Origin: a virus | DNA: 42,988 nucleotides | Reading direction: 5' to 3' (one strand) | Virus record (IMG/VR): IMGVR_UViG_3300045988_130630 | Shown here: positions 15,726-24,633 of the stretch, one piece after another | Layout: the number at the start of each line of letters is the position of its first letter | Numbering within the stretch: position 1 is the first letter of the stretch | The notes under the pieces: generated by a model | Seen by the model: the letters and a program-made list of their open reading frames with translations, nothing else | What the model was told of the DNA's origin: nothing | Database searches by the model: none | Made by a program: the position numbers and the translations under genes

Positions 15726-16178
15726 TTAACGCTCGGACGCAATGCTGAGGTAGCGGGCAATCATGTTCATTTCGCAACTCATGTCATGCCAATCGCAGAC
15801 CACATAGCCCACAAGGTCGCCATCTGCGTGAATCGGATAAACACCATAAGTGTTATTGAAAGCGAACGGCTTATTTTCAAATTCCCACTGGGTCGGGACG
15901 TAAGCTGGAAAGTTTTCCATGCCCCGCAGTTTTACGGTGGTGTCATAGATTGCGATGGGGCGCAAGCCGGACTTTGACGCCATCGTGATAGCGGTTCGCA
16001 TACAATCTTCGGTCAAAGAGCCAAGCACCGAATACCTCTTGAAGCAAACGCAGTCGTTATCTTCAATGAAGATTTCGAGCGGGTCGCCCTCGCGAATCTT
16101 CAAAGTCCGACGAATTTCTTTCGGAACGACCACACGTCCAAGGTCATCAATTCTGCGAATAATACCAGTAGCTTTCAT
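15726..16178 (-). CDS. AbrB/SpoVT(MazE)-family DNA-binding domain protein (150 aa)
   Basis: N-terminal MKATGIIRRIDDLGRVVVPKEIRRTLKIREGDPLEIF matches the swapped-hairpin AbrB N-domain consensus (K.TGIVRK.D.LGRVVIP.E.R..L.I...D.LEI). Confidence 0.65.
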   Translation of the reverse strand: MKATGIIRRIDDLGRVVVPKEIRRTLKIREGDPLEIFIEDNDCVCFKRYSVLGSLTEDCMRTAITMASKSGLRPIAIYDTTVKLRGMENFPAYVPTQWEFENKPFAFNNTYGVYPIHADGDLVGYVVCDWHDMSCEMNMIARYLSIASER

Positions 16179-16242
16179 TTTAATTTTCCCCTTTCACTTG
16201 ATACGTTAAGTATAGCAGAACAAAAGGCTTTTGTCAAGTCCT

Positions 16243-16716
16243 TTATTCAAGATTTTTGCTTTCTGCGACAAAATATTTTGCTTCGTATTGATTGGCAATA
16301 GCCTTGACTTTTGCGCTTTCCTTTTGGGTCGCGCAGTAAAAATTGAAAAGCGTATGTTTATCGCTCAATTCAATGTAAGAGTGCGGAACATCATGCAAAT
16401 CAAAATCAATGGTGTTAGTGTATTTTGTCGGGACAGTCAGTTCGACTTTCCATAATCGGTCTTTGCGGGCTTTCTCTTCAATCCACTTGACAAAGTAAAC
16501 GCCCACGAAATTACAAACGGCAGTAATAGCCATTTTCAACCAGATAGGCATACCGTCCGCGGAAGTCAGCACAATCACATAGGAATAAAAACCATAAGTG
16601 ATAGCGTTGATAAGAGATGCGCTGACTTTTCCACCATTGACAGTTAAAATGCTTTTGATGGTTGACAGAATCACATTCACCGCCGTGCAAAGCGCGAATA
16701 GAAGAATTGTATTCAT
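16243..16716 (-). CDS. membrane protein (157 aa; three N-terminal transmembrane helices plus a cytoplasmic domain)
   Basis: Supplied ORF track. Confidence 0.5.
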   Translation of the reverse strand: MNTILLFALCTAVNVILSTIKSILTVNGGKVSASLINAITYGFYSYVIVLTSADGMPIWLKMAITAVCNFVGVYFVKWIEEKARKDRLWKVELTVPTKYTNTIDFDLHDVPHSYIELSDKHTLFNFYCATQKESAKVKAIANQYEAKYFVAESKNLE

Positions 16717-16961
16717 TCTATCACCTCAATGTCGCAATAAATACAGTCGGTAATATCGACGTATTCCTCAAAACTCATTCTTTTATCATCGCGGTGGGTA
16801 AAGTCGATGTAGGCATCTCTACCGCGAAGATTATTTTCTTCATTGTATGCGTGAGTGGCATTATCAAAAGCCTTAATAGCGTCAGCTTCATTATAAACCA
16901 CCACTTCTTTGACTTCCGGAGCATCATACCAAATAGTATATTTCTTTTTCATTATTATCAC
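16713..16961 (-). CDS. hypothetical protein (82 aa)
   Basis: Supplied ORF track; ATGA overlap. Confidence 0.5.
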   Translation of the reverse strand: MIIMKKKYTIWYDAPEVKEVVVYNEADAIKAFDNATHAYNEENNLRGRDAYIDFTHRDDKRMSFEEYVDITDCIYCDIEVIE

Positions 16962-17176
16962 CCTTTCCTTTTTCTATTATAATAATATCATAATATAATA
17001 GAAATGTCAATAGAGAGTTTTTAATTTACTCTTTTAATTTTTCTAATAGGTCATCAGCACAGTCATAGCTGATGCCTCTGCGGTCGCATTGGTCAGACAA
17101 AGGGCAACAAGCGCAGTCATTAAAGGTTTCCGTCCAAGCGCGCAACCAGTCAATCAAGCGCAAGACGTTAACTTCC

Positions 17177-17521
17177 TCATACATTGTCGTCATTCTCCTT
17201 TACTCGGACAAAAAAGACCTTGTTATAAATTTTCTCTGCTTTAAGGTCAATCCAAAAATATACATTACCGCATACTCGATAGATTTTGCAAGTCTCTCCA
17301 CTAACCTTTTTGACTTCTTCAAACTTCTCTTGCGTAGTGGGGTGAAAAATCGTCAGTTTGAGAAATATGCAATAGAAAGATAAAGGAACGAAGCCGATAA
17401 TCAGAGCAATCCATGCAAGAACGTCAGTCAAGGTGTTTTCCCATTCACACCACTCATCGGTAATTGTAGCGAACGCGATACCCACGCAAAACGCGAGAAT
17501 CAACCAATACCATGCCACCAT
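17177..17521 (-). CDS. membrane protein (114 aa, two transmembrane helices)
   Basis: Supplied ORF track; AAGGGGG ribosome-binding site; promoter at about 17545-17590. Confidence 0.5.
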   Translation of the reverse strand: MVAWYWLILAFCVGIAFATITDEWCEWENTLTDVLAWIALIIGFVPLSFYCIFLKLTIFHPTTQEKFEEVKKVSGETCKIYRVCGNVYFWIDLKAEKIYNKVFFVRVKENDDNV

Positions 17522-17671
17522 TATTTTATTCCCCCTTTATTTGTTGTATACATCTTACCACATTATAGGATTTTTGTCTATTGGCATTTTACACAAAAAT
17601 TCGTGCGAAAATTTGTTGAACTTACCTCTTGACAAAAAACTCGGCGCGCCACAATCGTCCGCGCGCCGACG

Positions 17672-17700
17672 ATTTTATCACATTCAAGGAACTTTGTCAA
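17672..17700 (-). promoter_or_regulatory. Minus-strand promoter of module E (TTGACA, 17-bp spacer, TAAAAT); the palindrome CGGCGCGCC..GGCGCGCCG lies at 17642-17668
   Basis: Read directly. In this copy the plus-strand -35 element (17629-17634) has no -10. Confidence 0.45.
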
Positions 17701-17712
17701 TAGTGAAAGTAA

Positions 17713-17748
17713 ACAAAAAAAATCACCCAATTTGGGTGATTTTTCATT
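17713..17748. terminator. Bidirectional terminator (ATCACCCAA/TTGGGTGAT)
   Basis: Read directly. Confidence 0.6.
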
Positions 17749-17924
17749 TAGTTTCCTACGGCTTCGAGGTCGACGAGAATGGGAACGAGCTTGTCTTCAA
17801 GAAGCGCGACACGCTCAATCATTTCATTTGCTGCTGTTCCGCCCGACGGGTATCTCTTCTGAATGCCGTATCGAGCCATTCTGCACACCGTTTCAACAAC
17901 CTCGCTCAGTTTCTCATTCTTCAT
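17748..17924 (-). CDS. hypothetical protein (about 58 aa, start MKNEKL)
   Basis: GGAGATAAG ribosome-binding site. Confidence 0.4.
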   Translation of the reverse strand: MKNEKLSEVVETVCRMARYGIQKRYPSGGTAANEMIERVALLEDKLVPILVDLEAVGN

Positions 17925-18035
17925 TTTTCTTATCTCCATTCAATTTATTTTTTGGAAAGGGTGGCGGTTGTTTCAGGCACAACCGCCAAAGCCATAGGAA
18001 AGGGGGAGAAAAACACGAACAAAAGTTCGGTTTTG

Positions 18036-18284
18036 TCAAGGGATAATCAGTTCCGCGTCATAGACAGGCCGAACCATGCAGGGCGCGCCAAAACAGTCGA
18101 GATTGTAAGTGTCTAAATTGAGAGCGTTCCATTCTTCTGCACCGGTATCTTCATCAACCACAGTCGCGATTTTGATGTAATAGACGTTTCCAGAAGCAGG
18201 GTCTTGAAAAATCATACCCTCGGGGAGGTCTTCAAATGCAACCATTTTGTTGCTATGCTTAACAGTAATTTTCATTTCGTTCAC
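18036..18284 (-). CDS. hypothetical protein (82 aa)
   Basis: Supplied ORF track. Confidence 0.5.
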   Translation of the reverse strand: MNEMKITVKHSNKMVAFEDLPEGMIFQDPASGNVYYIKIATVVDEDTGAEEWNALNLDTYNLDCFGAPCMVRPVYDAELIIP

Positions 18285-18634
18285 CCTTTATAATAGTATT
18301 TGTAAGCCCATTCAATGATTTCATGGCTTGTGGTAGTCCATTCCTCTTTGGGACTATCGAACTTTTCCGCATACTTTTTGATGTAGTTATTATACTCCAT
18401 GCGCGCGGTGTCGTATGCTCCAATAGCCACAATTAAAGCGTGTTTCGCTTCTTCGGCGTCGGAGGCTGCTTTCTTGCGGTCGGGGCAGTCAGGATAAAGG
18501 TTAATCACCCCTACGCGCGTAATGGCTTGCCTTGTCTTTTCATAAAGGCGGTCGCGCTCTTCCCAAACCTTATAAATCAAATCGTCTGCGCGATTTTCAT
18601 AAGGGTTGAAAGGCTTCTTTTTCTTACCGAACAT
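18281..18634 (-). CDS. hypothetical protein (about 117 aa, start MFGKKKK)
   Basis: Track ORF truncated to the Met that has a ribosome-binding site. Confidence 0.45.
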   Translation of the reverse strand: MFGKKKKPFNPYENRADDLIYKVWEERDRLYEKTRQAITRVGVINLYPDCPDRKKAASDAEEAKHALIVAIGAYDTARMEYNNYIKKYAEKFDSPKEEWTTTSHEIIEWAYKYYYKG

Positions 18635-18964
18635 TTTTCTTTTTCTCCTTTTCCTGTTTATTCCACATTCTATCAAAGAACGCATTTGCGAGAACATGCT
18701 TGTAAAGGTTATCAGGCATGGGGCGCTCACCGTGCTTGTTTCTCCAAATCGCGGTGATTTTATCAATATCCGCGATATAGGCGGTAATGAGTGTGCCATC
18801 GGAAGCGCTACGAACGAGAAGAACGCCGGTTGTAGTGATAGTGTAGAGAATATCGTTCTCAACGCTGTCGATATATGGTTCGCCGATTCCTACATTATCG
18901 TAGATGAAGAGCAGGCGGTCAATACGGTCTTGCGTGGCGTGTTTTGACATTTTGATAAGCATTT
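18624..18964 (-). CDS. hypothetical protein (about 113 aa, start MLIKMSKH)
   Basis: AAAGAGG ribosome-binding site; promoter at about 18985-19030. Confidence 0.45.
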
Positions 18965-19034
18965 GTTTTACCTCTTTCTTTTTCTCTTGGATTGATTGTA
19001 TTATACCATATGGGGAGGGGCTTGTCAAGCCCCT

Positions 19035-19184
19035 TTAATATAATTGTTCCCCATCGTGGTAGCGCTCATATTCCGCTTCAAGGAAGTCGAGAATAGTTTC
19101 AAAGTCGTCTGCATCTGCGGGGTCTGCAAAGACCTTTTCAAGGACTTCGTTAGTGTGCCAATTGTAAACTCGAATAATATCCAT
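19035..19184 (-). CDS. small acidic protein (49 aa) MDIIRVYNWHTNEVLEKVFADPADADDFETILDFLEAEYERYHDGEQLY
   Basis: Not in the ORF track because it is shorter than 60 aa. GAAAGAGG ribosome-binding site; consensus promoter at 19215-19243. Confidence 0.5.
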   Translation of the reverse strand: MDIIRVYNWHTNEVLEKVFADPADADDFETILDFLEAEYERYHDGEQLY

Positions 19185-19214
19185 TTTACTTACCTCTTTC
19201 TTGATTGTATATGT

Positions 19215-19243
19215 ATTATATCATGCGGAAGGGCTTTTGTCAA
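19215..19243 (-). promoter_or_regulatory. Consensus sigma70-type promoter (TTGACA, 17-bp spacer, TATAAT)
   Basis: Reverse-complement read directly. Confidence 0.6.
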
Positions 19244-19257
19244 GCCCTTTTTATCAG

Positions 19258-19461
19258 AAATGATAATTTCTGATGATGGCGTCGAACTTGGGAGCATATA
19301 CGGTTTCCCACTGTTCTTCAAGAGTCTGGTCATTCGTGCGATATAATTCCCACGAGACTGCACCATAAGCGTTATGCTTGAAAAACTCGGCATCGCAGGG
19401 CATCTGCTCGGCATAGAGAAGCTGGGTCTTGATAAAAGAGTGAATGTTGTAGTTAGTCATT
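19258..19461 (-). CDS. hypothetical protein (about 68 aa, start MTNYNIHSF)
   Basis: Track ORF truncated. Promoter TAGACA, 17-bp spacer, TATATT at about 19480-19530. Confidence 0.45.
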
Positions 19462-19586
19462 TTATTTACCTCATCTTTCTGTTCCCTTGGAACAATTATA
19501 ATATAACACACCCTTAGAGATTTGTCTATTGACGGATCGCACAAAATTGGGAAAAATAATTTGTGCAAATTTTCGCAACTTTTTGC

Positions 19587-19615
19587 TTGATAAATTGCTG
19601 ACCCTGTGATATAAT
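19587..19615 (+). promoter_or_regulatory. Plus-strand promoter (TTGATA, 17-bp spacer, TATAAT) of module F, firing into the palindrome CCGGGCGCG..CGCGCCCGG (19623-19649)
   Basis: Read directly. Confidence 0.5.
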
Positions 19616-19832
19616 GGAAATTCCGGGCGCGTGGGCCGTGCGCGCCCGGCCGAACGACCATTGTTAAAATTTTAACAAAAATAAAATAGAAAGGGCGCGG
19701 TAATTATCGGCTACCGCGCAAACCATAGTATGAAAAATTTGTTTACTACTTCAAGAGGCTTACCATTTCCTCTTGACATGATTATAATACCACAACGGGG
19801 CGAGTTTGTCAATAGTTTTTTGAAAAAAATTT

Positions 19833-19860
19833 TCAGGCGAGATAATTAAATCTCGCCTGA
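19833..19860. terminator. Terminator hairpin TCAGGCGAGAT/ATCTCGCCTGA
   Basis: Read directly. Confidence 0.55.
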
Positions 19861-19863
19861 AAA

Positions 19864-20070
19864 TTATTCGTCCCAAATAGCTCCCGCAATCCAAAAGTAT
19901 TCATAGCGGAGTTTCGACTGAAACGCAAATAAAGCATCTGCGATTTCTCCACCGATTTCGCGGTCATCTGCCACGGGAAGCGTCTGACTTTCTTTCGCAA
20001 TTCTTTGAGCCAACTTTTCAAGGGCGTCTGCCTGTTCTCTCAAAGCCTGCGGGATAGGTTTTTCATTCAT
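19864..20070 (-). CDS. hypothetical protein (about 68 aa, start MNEKPIPQ)
   Basis: AAGGGGGAAA ribosome-binding site. Confidence 0.45.
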   Translation of the reverse strand: MNEKPIPQALREQADALEKLAQRIAKESQTLPVADDREIGGEIADALFAFQSKLRYEYFWIAGAIWDE

Positions 20071-20419
20071 TATTTGTTTCCCCCTTTGCAAAATTAGATG
20101 TTAGCTCTAACGTATGTCCGCATTTATCACAATACCAATAGTAAAAAACTGTTCCATGCCGACCGTGAGAAGCATTTACAAATTCCATTTCATTTCCGCA
20201 GATGGAGCAATAGCCGTCATTCCATGCCTTTTTATCGGCATTGTGTTCTGCAATTATCATGCCCACCATACCATAGCCAAGGGCGCATGAAATGAGAAGA
20301 CCAGCCAACAGTCTGGCTATTGGGTGAGACTTTTCCATGTTGCACCAACAGATAAGGCAAATGAACATTGCCAGAACTGCGCTGATGATTCCGCCACAAA
20401 TTAAGAATTCTGCTCCCAT
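20063..20419 (-). CDS. membrane protein with a C-terminal CxxC...CxxC zinc ribbon (about 118 aa)
   Basis: Track ORF with the start taken at MGAEFLICGG. Confidence 0.5.
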   Translation of the reverse strand: MGAEFLICGGIISAVLAMFICLICWCNMEKSHPIARLLAGLLISCALGYGMVGMIIAEHNADKKAWNDGYCSICGNEMEFVNASHGRHGTVFYYWYCDKCGHTLELTSNFAKGETNNE

Positions 20420-20422
20420 TTT

Positions 20423-20494
20423 TATTTCCCCTCTCCGCATTTAACGCATTGAGCGTGTGTTCCGCACTTCCCATCACAATAAGGACATTCCATT
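20423..20494 (-). CDS. 23-aa zinc-ribbon micro-protein MECPYCDGKCGTHAQCVKCGEGK
   Basis: AGGGGAATAAAAAAATG ribosome-binding site and start. Its stop overlaps the start of the downstream membrane Zn-ribbon gene. Confidence 0.35.
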
Positions 20495-20570
20495 TTTTTA
20501 TTCCCCTTTCCTTTGATACATTAAGTATAGCAGAAAAAGGGCTTTTTGTCAAGCCCTTTTTCTTATTTTT

Positions 20571-20927
20571 TTATTCTTTTTCTCGAATGGAATAATAAAC
20601 CTTACTCCCTCGCGGCCTGCGTTTGAGTTTATGGTCGAGGTATAACTGCATACAATACCAAGTGAATTTGCCGTTGGCATACTCATAGCCATACTTTTTG
20701 AATGCCATAAACTGCATTTCAGTCGGCGTGATAGGTCTGCCCGCCTCGTTCAGCAGTTCAAAGACGAGTTTAATCATCTGCTGATTTTTCCATTCGCGTT
20801 CCTCGCGGTCGGCTTTTAAGTCTCTTTCATATTTGTCGCAAGCGTGTTCCGCGATACTCAGATCAATGGGCGAGAGAGTGCCCGACGCGATAGCCTTTTT
20901 CAAAACTTCATAGATATCCTTGTTCAT
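20571..20927 (-). CDS. hypothetical protein (118 aa)
   Basis: Supplied ORF track; promoter at about 20950-20990. Confidence 0.5.
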   Translation of the reverse strand: MNKDIYEVLKKAIASGTLSPIDLSIAEHACDKYERDLKADREEREWKNQQMIKLVFELLNEAGRPITPTEMQFMAFKKYGYEYANGKFTWYCMQLYLDHKLKRRPRGSKVYYSIREKE

Positions 20928-21026
20928 TGTAGTTTCCCCTTTCCTTTATTGTGCTTTTATTATAGCATCTGTTTTTGGATTTGTCAAGGGCTTTTTGGAA
21001 AAAGAGGGAAAAATTTCCCTCTTTAT

Positions 21027-21299
21027 TTATCCCCAATAGACCGAAAGAACGCCGTCAATGTAGCTGGCTTTATAACCATAATTCTGCATGATATTTTTGC
21101 AAGCCTGCTTGACGCCCTTTTCATTTAATGAAGCAAGATTGCACTCATAAACTGTTTCTCCCGTTCCTGCCACACGCTCAATTTCCGGCATGATATGGTC
21201 TTCGATAAACGCACATGCGAGGGCATTATTTTTAGCTTGGATTTCTCTGCGGACTTCTTCGGCCTTGCGCGTCATTTCATAAGCATATTTAATTTCCAT
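21027..21299 (-). CDS. hypothetical protein (90 aa)
   Basis: Supplied ORF track. Confidence 0.5.
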   Translation of the reverse strand: MEIKYAYEMTRKAEEVRREIQAKNNALACAFIEDHIMPEIERVAGTGETVYECNLASLNEKGVKQACKNIMQNYGYKASYIDGVLSVYWG

Positions 21300-21364
21300 G
21301 TTGTTTTCTCCCTTTCCTTTGATGCTTTTATTATAGCATATAGGGCTTGTTTTGTCAAGCCTTT

Positions 21365-21493
21365 TTAAGAAATTTCAAAAATTTCTTCGTAGCCATCGTC
21401 CCATGCCTGTCGGCATTTCGTGTTATCTTCATTAGTGTATTCATCATAGCCGAAGCCCATGGATTCAACACGTCCTACAAAAATCCATTTCAT
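21365..21493 (-). CDS. small protein (42 aa) MKWIFVGRVESMGFGYDEYTNEDNTKCRQAWDDGYEEIFEIS
   Basis: AAAGGGGATAATTAAATG ribosome-binding site and start; consensus promoter at 21526-21554. Confidence 0.45.
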   Translation of the reverse strand: MKWIFVGRVESMGFGYDEYTNEDNTKCRQAWDDGYEEIFEIS

Positions 21494-21525
21494 TTAATTA
21501 TCCCCTTTCCTCAACTTCTGATACT

Positions 21526-21554
21526 ATTATACCCCACAGGGTGAGAAATGTCAA
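21526..21554 (-). promoter_or_regulatory. Consensus sigma70-type promoter (TTGACA, 17-bp spacer, GGTATAAT)
   Basis: Read directly. Confidence 0.6.
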
Positions 21555-21562
21555 TAGTTTTT

Positions 21563-22363
21563 TTAATTATTTTCTGTAATGTATTCCCATCTTAACCGTT
21601 CTCCTGTATCCGGGTCTTTACCGGCTGTTTTTAATTGTCCGCGCAAACAACGACCAATAGCATCTTTGTATGTATTGTAGTATGCTTCGGCTTCTCTTAC
21701 TGATAGAAACTCTTTGCCATTATTCAAGCATCTAATTCGTTTACCGCTCTTTAATTTGTTTGCCTGTGGCCCCAATGCCAAATTTTTCTTTGTTTCTTCT
21801 GGGTGCCGTTCTCTCCATTCAATCAATGCTTGTTTGCCTTGTTCTCTGTATTGTTGCGCTTTTTCTGGATGTGCAGCAATCCATTGTTTTAATACTTCTG
21901 GATTGCCTGTATTACATTCAGGATGTTCTTTTTGCCACTCATGGCATTTTTTTATATTTTGTTTACCCAATTTAGATACAATTTCTTTATGTTCATTCTA
22001 CCATTTTTTTACAGCATCTATCCGGCGTTGTTGAAATTCTTGTGCTTCTTTTGGGTGTTCTTGTAAGTATAGGTGGAAATACTCAAAACCACCACCATCA
22101 CCGCCACAGGCTAAATTGTAAAATTCTTCACTATTGACAGCGTTGTATTTTTCAATGTATTGCTTTTCTAATTCGTTGGCTTCTTCTTTTGTCTCGCAAG
22201 TTGCTAATGTAATTTTAGAAAAATTTTCTCGTCCATACTTTTTTATTGCTTCTCGTAAAATTTTCCCACTACCTAAATAATAATCATTCTTTTTAGATAA
22301 TTTGTGCTATCCTAAATATTTTTTATCATTGACTAAATTAGTAGTCAAATAAATTTCATACAT
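21563..22363 (-). CDS. TAG-recoded GIY-YIG homing endonuclease with a C-terminal NUMOD-like helix-turn-helix (266 aa), in an AT-rich island inside the GC-rich early block
   Basis: N-terminal MYEIYLTTNLVNDKKYLG(TAG)HKL, where the TAG encodes the Gln of the YIGQ motif. Further features are ..E..E..YI..Y and a C-terminal ..KRIRCLNNGKEFLSVREAEAYY...IGRCLRG..KTAG...W.YI. There are two in-frame TAGs and no other stop until 21565. GAAAGGA ribosome-binding site. The supplied track ORF 21563-21970 is the C-terminal part. Confidence 0.65.
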
Positions 22364-22402
22364 AATAAAAAATTCCTTTCTGCTTCATTCTATTATAATT
22401 AA

Positions 22403-22448
22403 AAATTGCGGCGTTTGGTTTAATAGTCTTTGACCAAACGCCGCAATT
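22403..22448. terminator. Terminator with a 17-bp stem (AAATTGCGGCGTTTGGT / ACCAAACGCCGCAATTT) followed by T8
   Basis: Read directly. Confidence 0.6.
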
Positions 22449-22452
22449 TTTT

Positions 22453-22761
22453 TTAACAATAAACCAAACTCAAATTTGACCACTTCAAAATGGAAATTTG
22501 ATTGTGTTCGCGCCCAATCTGTAAGGCTTCTTTCTTAGTGTTGACCCGCTTAGACTTATCAACGAACCAAGTATTATTGCTATACCACACACCGCAGTTT
22601 CCGCCGAAGTCCTTAACCGCATTGATAGCTTCGCGGGCGGTCTTGCACTCAACGCCGTCGGTAGCAACCTGCCAGCCGGACTTGTAGTTGATTTTCTTGC
22701 CATATTTGAGGGTCATGCCGTCGTTTTCAGCGAGTTTGAGAATAGAACGAATGTTAATCAT
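22453..22761 (-). CDS. hypothetical protein (102 aa)
   Basis: AAAGGG ribosome-binding site; promoter at about 22805-22850. Confidence 0.5.
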   Translation of the reverse strand: MINIRSILKLAENDGMTLKYGKKINYKSGWQVATDGVECKTAREAINAVKDFGGNCGVWYSNNTWFVDKSKRVNTKKEALQIGREHNQISILKWSNLSLVYC

Positions 22762-22933
22762 GTTGTAAATCCCTTTCCGGTTTGGTAGGTTTTCCTTCCC
22801 TTACTGTGATTATAGTATAGCACCGATTCGGGATTCTGTCTATTGACGCTTTGCACAAACTTTTGCCATAAAAATTGTTGAACTTGCCTATTGACAAAAA
22901 CTCGGCGCGCCAGGTCCGTTCGCGCGCCGGCCG

Positions 22934-22962
22934 ATTATACCACAAAGTTTTGAAATTGTCAA
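22934..22962 (-). promoter_or_regulatory. Minus-strand promoter of module G (TTGACA, 17-bp spacer, TATAAT); the palindrome CGGCGCGCC..GGCGCGCCGG lies at 22903-22930
   Basis: Read directly. Confidence 0.5.
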
Positions 22963-22974
22963 TAGGTAAAATGC

Positions 22975-23010
22975 ACAAAAAAATCTCCCCATTTTTGGGG
23001 AGATTTTTAA
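22975..23010. terminator. Bidirectional terminator (ATCTCCCCA/TGGGGAGAT); same hairpin family as 13391-13411
   Basis: Read directly. Confidence 0.6.
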
Positions 23011-23026
23011 TTTAAAAAATTTAATT

Positions 23027-23266
23027 TTAGCCATCGACATAAACGATAAGGACATCATCTTTGGCTTTCAGACCGCTGACCGGCAATCCCAGCACCCATT
23101 CTTCGCTTGCGTCCAGCACATCACCATTCAGAGTCATACGACCTTTGCGGTCTTTGAGGTAGCGCCCGCAAGTGTTTTCATTTATCACTTCGATGCCGTT
23201 CCCCTCATAGAACATCAGTGCGCCTTTTACCAGACCAATCACATTTTTAACCATGCCCAAAGTCAT
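23027..23266 (-). CDS. hypothetical protein (79 aa)
   Basis: Supplied ORF track. Confidence 0.5.
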   Translation of the reverse strand: MTLGMVKNVIGLVKGALMFYEGNGIEVINENTCGRYLKDRKGRMTLNGDVLDASEEWVLGLPVSGLKAKDDVLIVYVDG

Positions 23267-23382
23267 TTTGTCAACCTCTTTCGTCTTTAATGTCGTTCCC
23301 CTTGGAACAATTATAGTATAGCATAGGGTATAACAAAAGTCAACTTAAATTTTGGGATTGCCAATAGGTAAAATGTATAAAA

Positions 23383-23415
23383 AACTCGGCAGGATTTTGT
23401 ATGTCCTGCCGAGTT
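23383..23415. terminator. Terminator (AACTCGGCAGGA/TCCTGCCGAGTT followed by a T-run)
   Basis: Read directly. Confidence 0.55.
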
Positions 23416-23418
23416 TTT

Positions 23419-23613
23419 TTATTCTTCCCAACTCTCGATGACTTCGCCGGTCATTGCATCGATGATGTCAACCGAGAGGACGTTGTCTGCGTCCATGAAC
23501 TTCTGTCCGAGGGCGTATGCATTTTCCTGCCCCGCGACAGACACTTCATAGCGGTAATGCCCCATGTCGCCCGCCTTGTAATTGTAGTAGTTGACAGAAA
23601 CGATAAATAACAT
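23419..23613 (-). CDS. hypothetical protein (64 aa)
   Basis: Supplied ORF track; promoter at about 23640-23680. Confidence 0.5.
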   Translation of the reverse strand: MLFIVSVNYYNYKAGDMGHYRYEVSVAGQENAYALGQKFMDADNVLSVDIIDAMTGEVIESWEE

Positions 23614-23716
23614 TTTTTTTATCCCCTTTCCTTTTATGCTTTTATTATACCATAGATTCAGGATTTGTCAATAGTTTTTTGAAAAAAGTTTGAAAAAAAT
23701 AAGGGCGTTTCCGCCC

Positions 23717-23971
23717 TTATTCTTCATAAACGATAATGTTGTTGCCTTGCTTTTTAACGCGGGAATCTTCACAAAAGTGATAGGTAAAATCTGCGGAGAG
23801 ATGTTTGAGAAATTCGCGTCTCCATTCGCGGGACTTCGGCTCTAATTCAAAGAGAATGTAGAGCGTTTCCTCTAACCGGTCGAGGAAGTTTTCAGTGTCC
23901 GCGACGTTGAATTTGCCCGCGAGCTTTGGTTCAAGAGAAGCGCCAGTAGTGAGAATGTTGTAAGTAGTCAT
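23717..23971 (-). CDS. hypothetical protein (84 aa)
   Basis: Supplied ORF track. A terminator lies at 23697-23722 and a promoter at about 23995-24035. Confidence 0.5.
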   Translation of the reverse strand: MTTYNILTTGASLEPKLAGKFNVADTENFLDRLEETLYILFELEPKSREWRREFLKHLSADFTYHFCEDSRVKKQGNNIIVYEE

Positions 23972-24074
23972 GGTTTTTATCCCCTTTCTTATTGTATCTA
24001 CATTATAACATCTGCTTTTGGATTTGTCAAGAGTTTTTTATAAAAAAAATAAGGGCTTTTTTCAGCCCTTATTC

Positions 24075-24236
24075 TTAGCACTTGACCCACGTGTTGACTA
24101 ATTTCCGCTCAATGGTCGCGGGCTTCGTCAGAGTGTTCGCATACGCCTGTGCTTCTTTCTTAGTCTTAAAGTAAGTCGGCAAGTAGTAGCCAAGGCGAGC
24201 GCTGTAATTATCTTCGGTGTAAACTCTGTATTTCAT
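24075..24236 (-). CDS. hypothetical protein (about 53 aa, start MKYRVYTEDNY)
   Basis: AAAGGAAAGGGG ribosome-binding site. Confidence 0.4.
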   Translation of the reverse strand: MKYRVYTEDNYSARLGYYLPTYFKTKKEAQAYANTLTKPATIERKLVNTWVKC

Positions 24237-24328
24237 TCTTTGTTTTCCCCTTTCCTTTACTATAATTATAATACCACACACCGCGAAGAATGTCAAGTGT
24301 TTTTTTCAAAAAAAAGAGAAGTTTTTCA

Positions 24329-24448
24329 ACTTCTCTTTCTGCGACGAATTGCTTTCTTTACGCGGTGCTCCACGTATTCGATGAGCGCGCCCGCGCCGAT
24401 AACACCAACATAGATAGCGAGAAGAACAAGACCATCGTGAGTAGACAT
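24329..24448 (-). CDS. 39-aa membrane peptide MSTHDGLVLLAIYVGVIGAGALIEYVEHRVKKAIRRRKRS
   Basis: GAGGTAAATCAAATG ribosome-binding site and start; a hydrophobic helix with a basic tail. Not in the ORF track because it is shorter than 60 aa. Confidence 0.4.
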
Positions 24449-24633
24449 TTGATTTACCTCTTTCTTTCTTTTGATGATACTATTATAGCATTTCGGGATA
24501 GAAATGTCAAGTGAATTTTGGCAAAAAATGGAAAAAATTTTGCTTTAACGCTTTACTGTGGTAAAGTTCGGGCTGGGACGCCCTACACGCGCCCAACGGC
24601 GCAAGAGAAAGAGCGGGAAGCCCGCTCCCGCCC

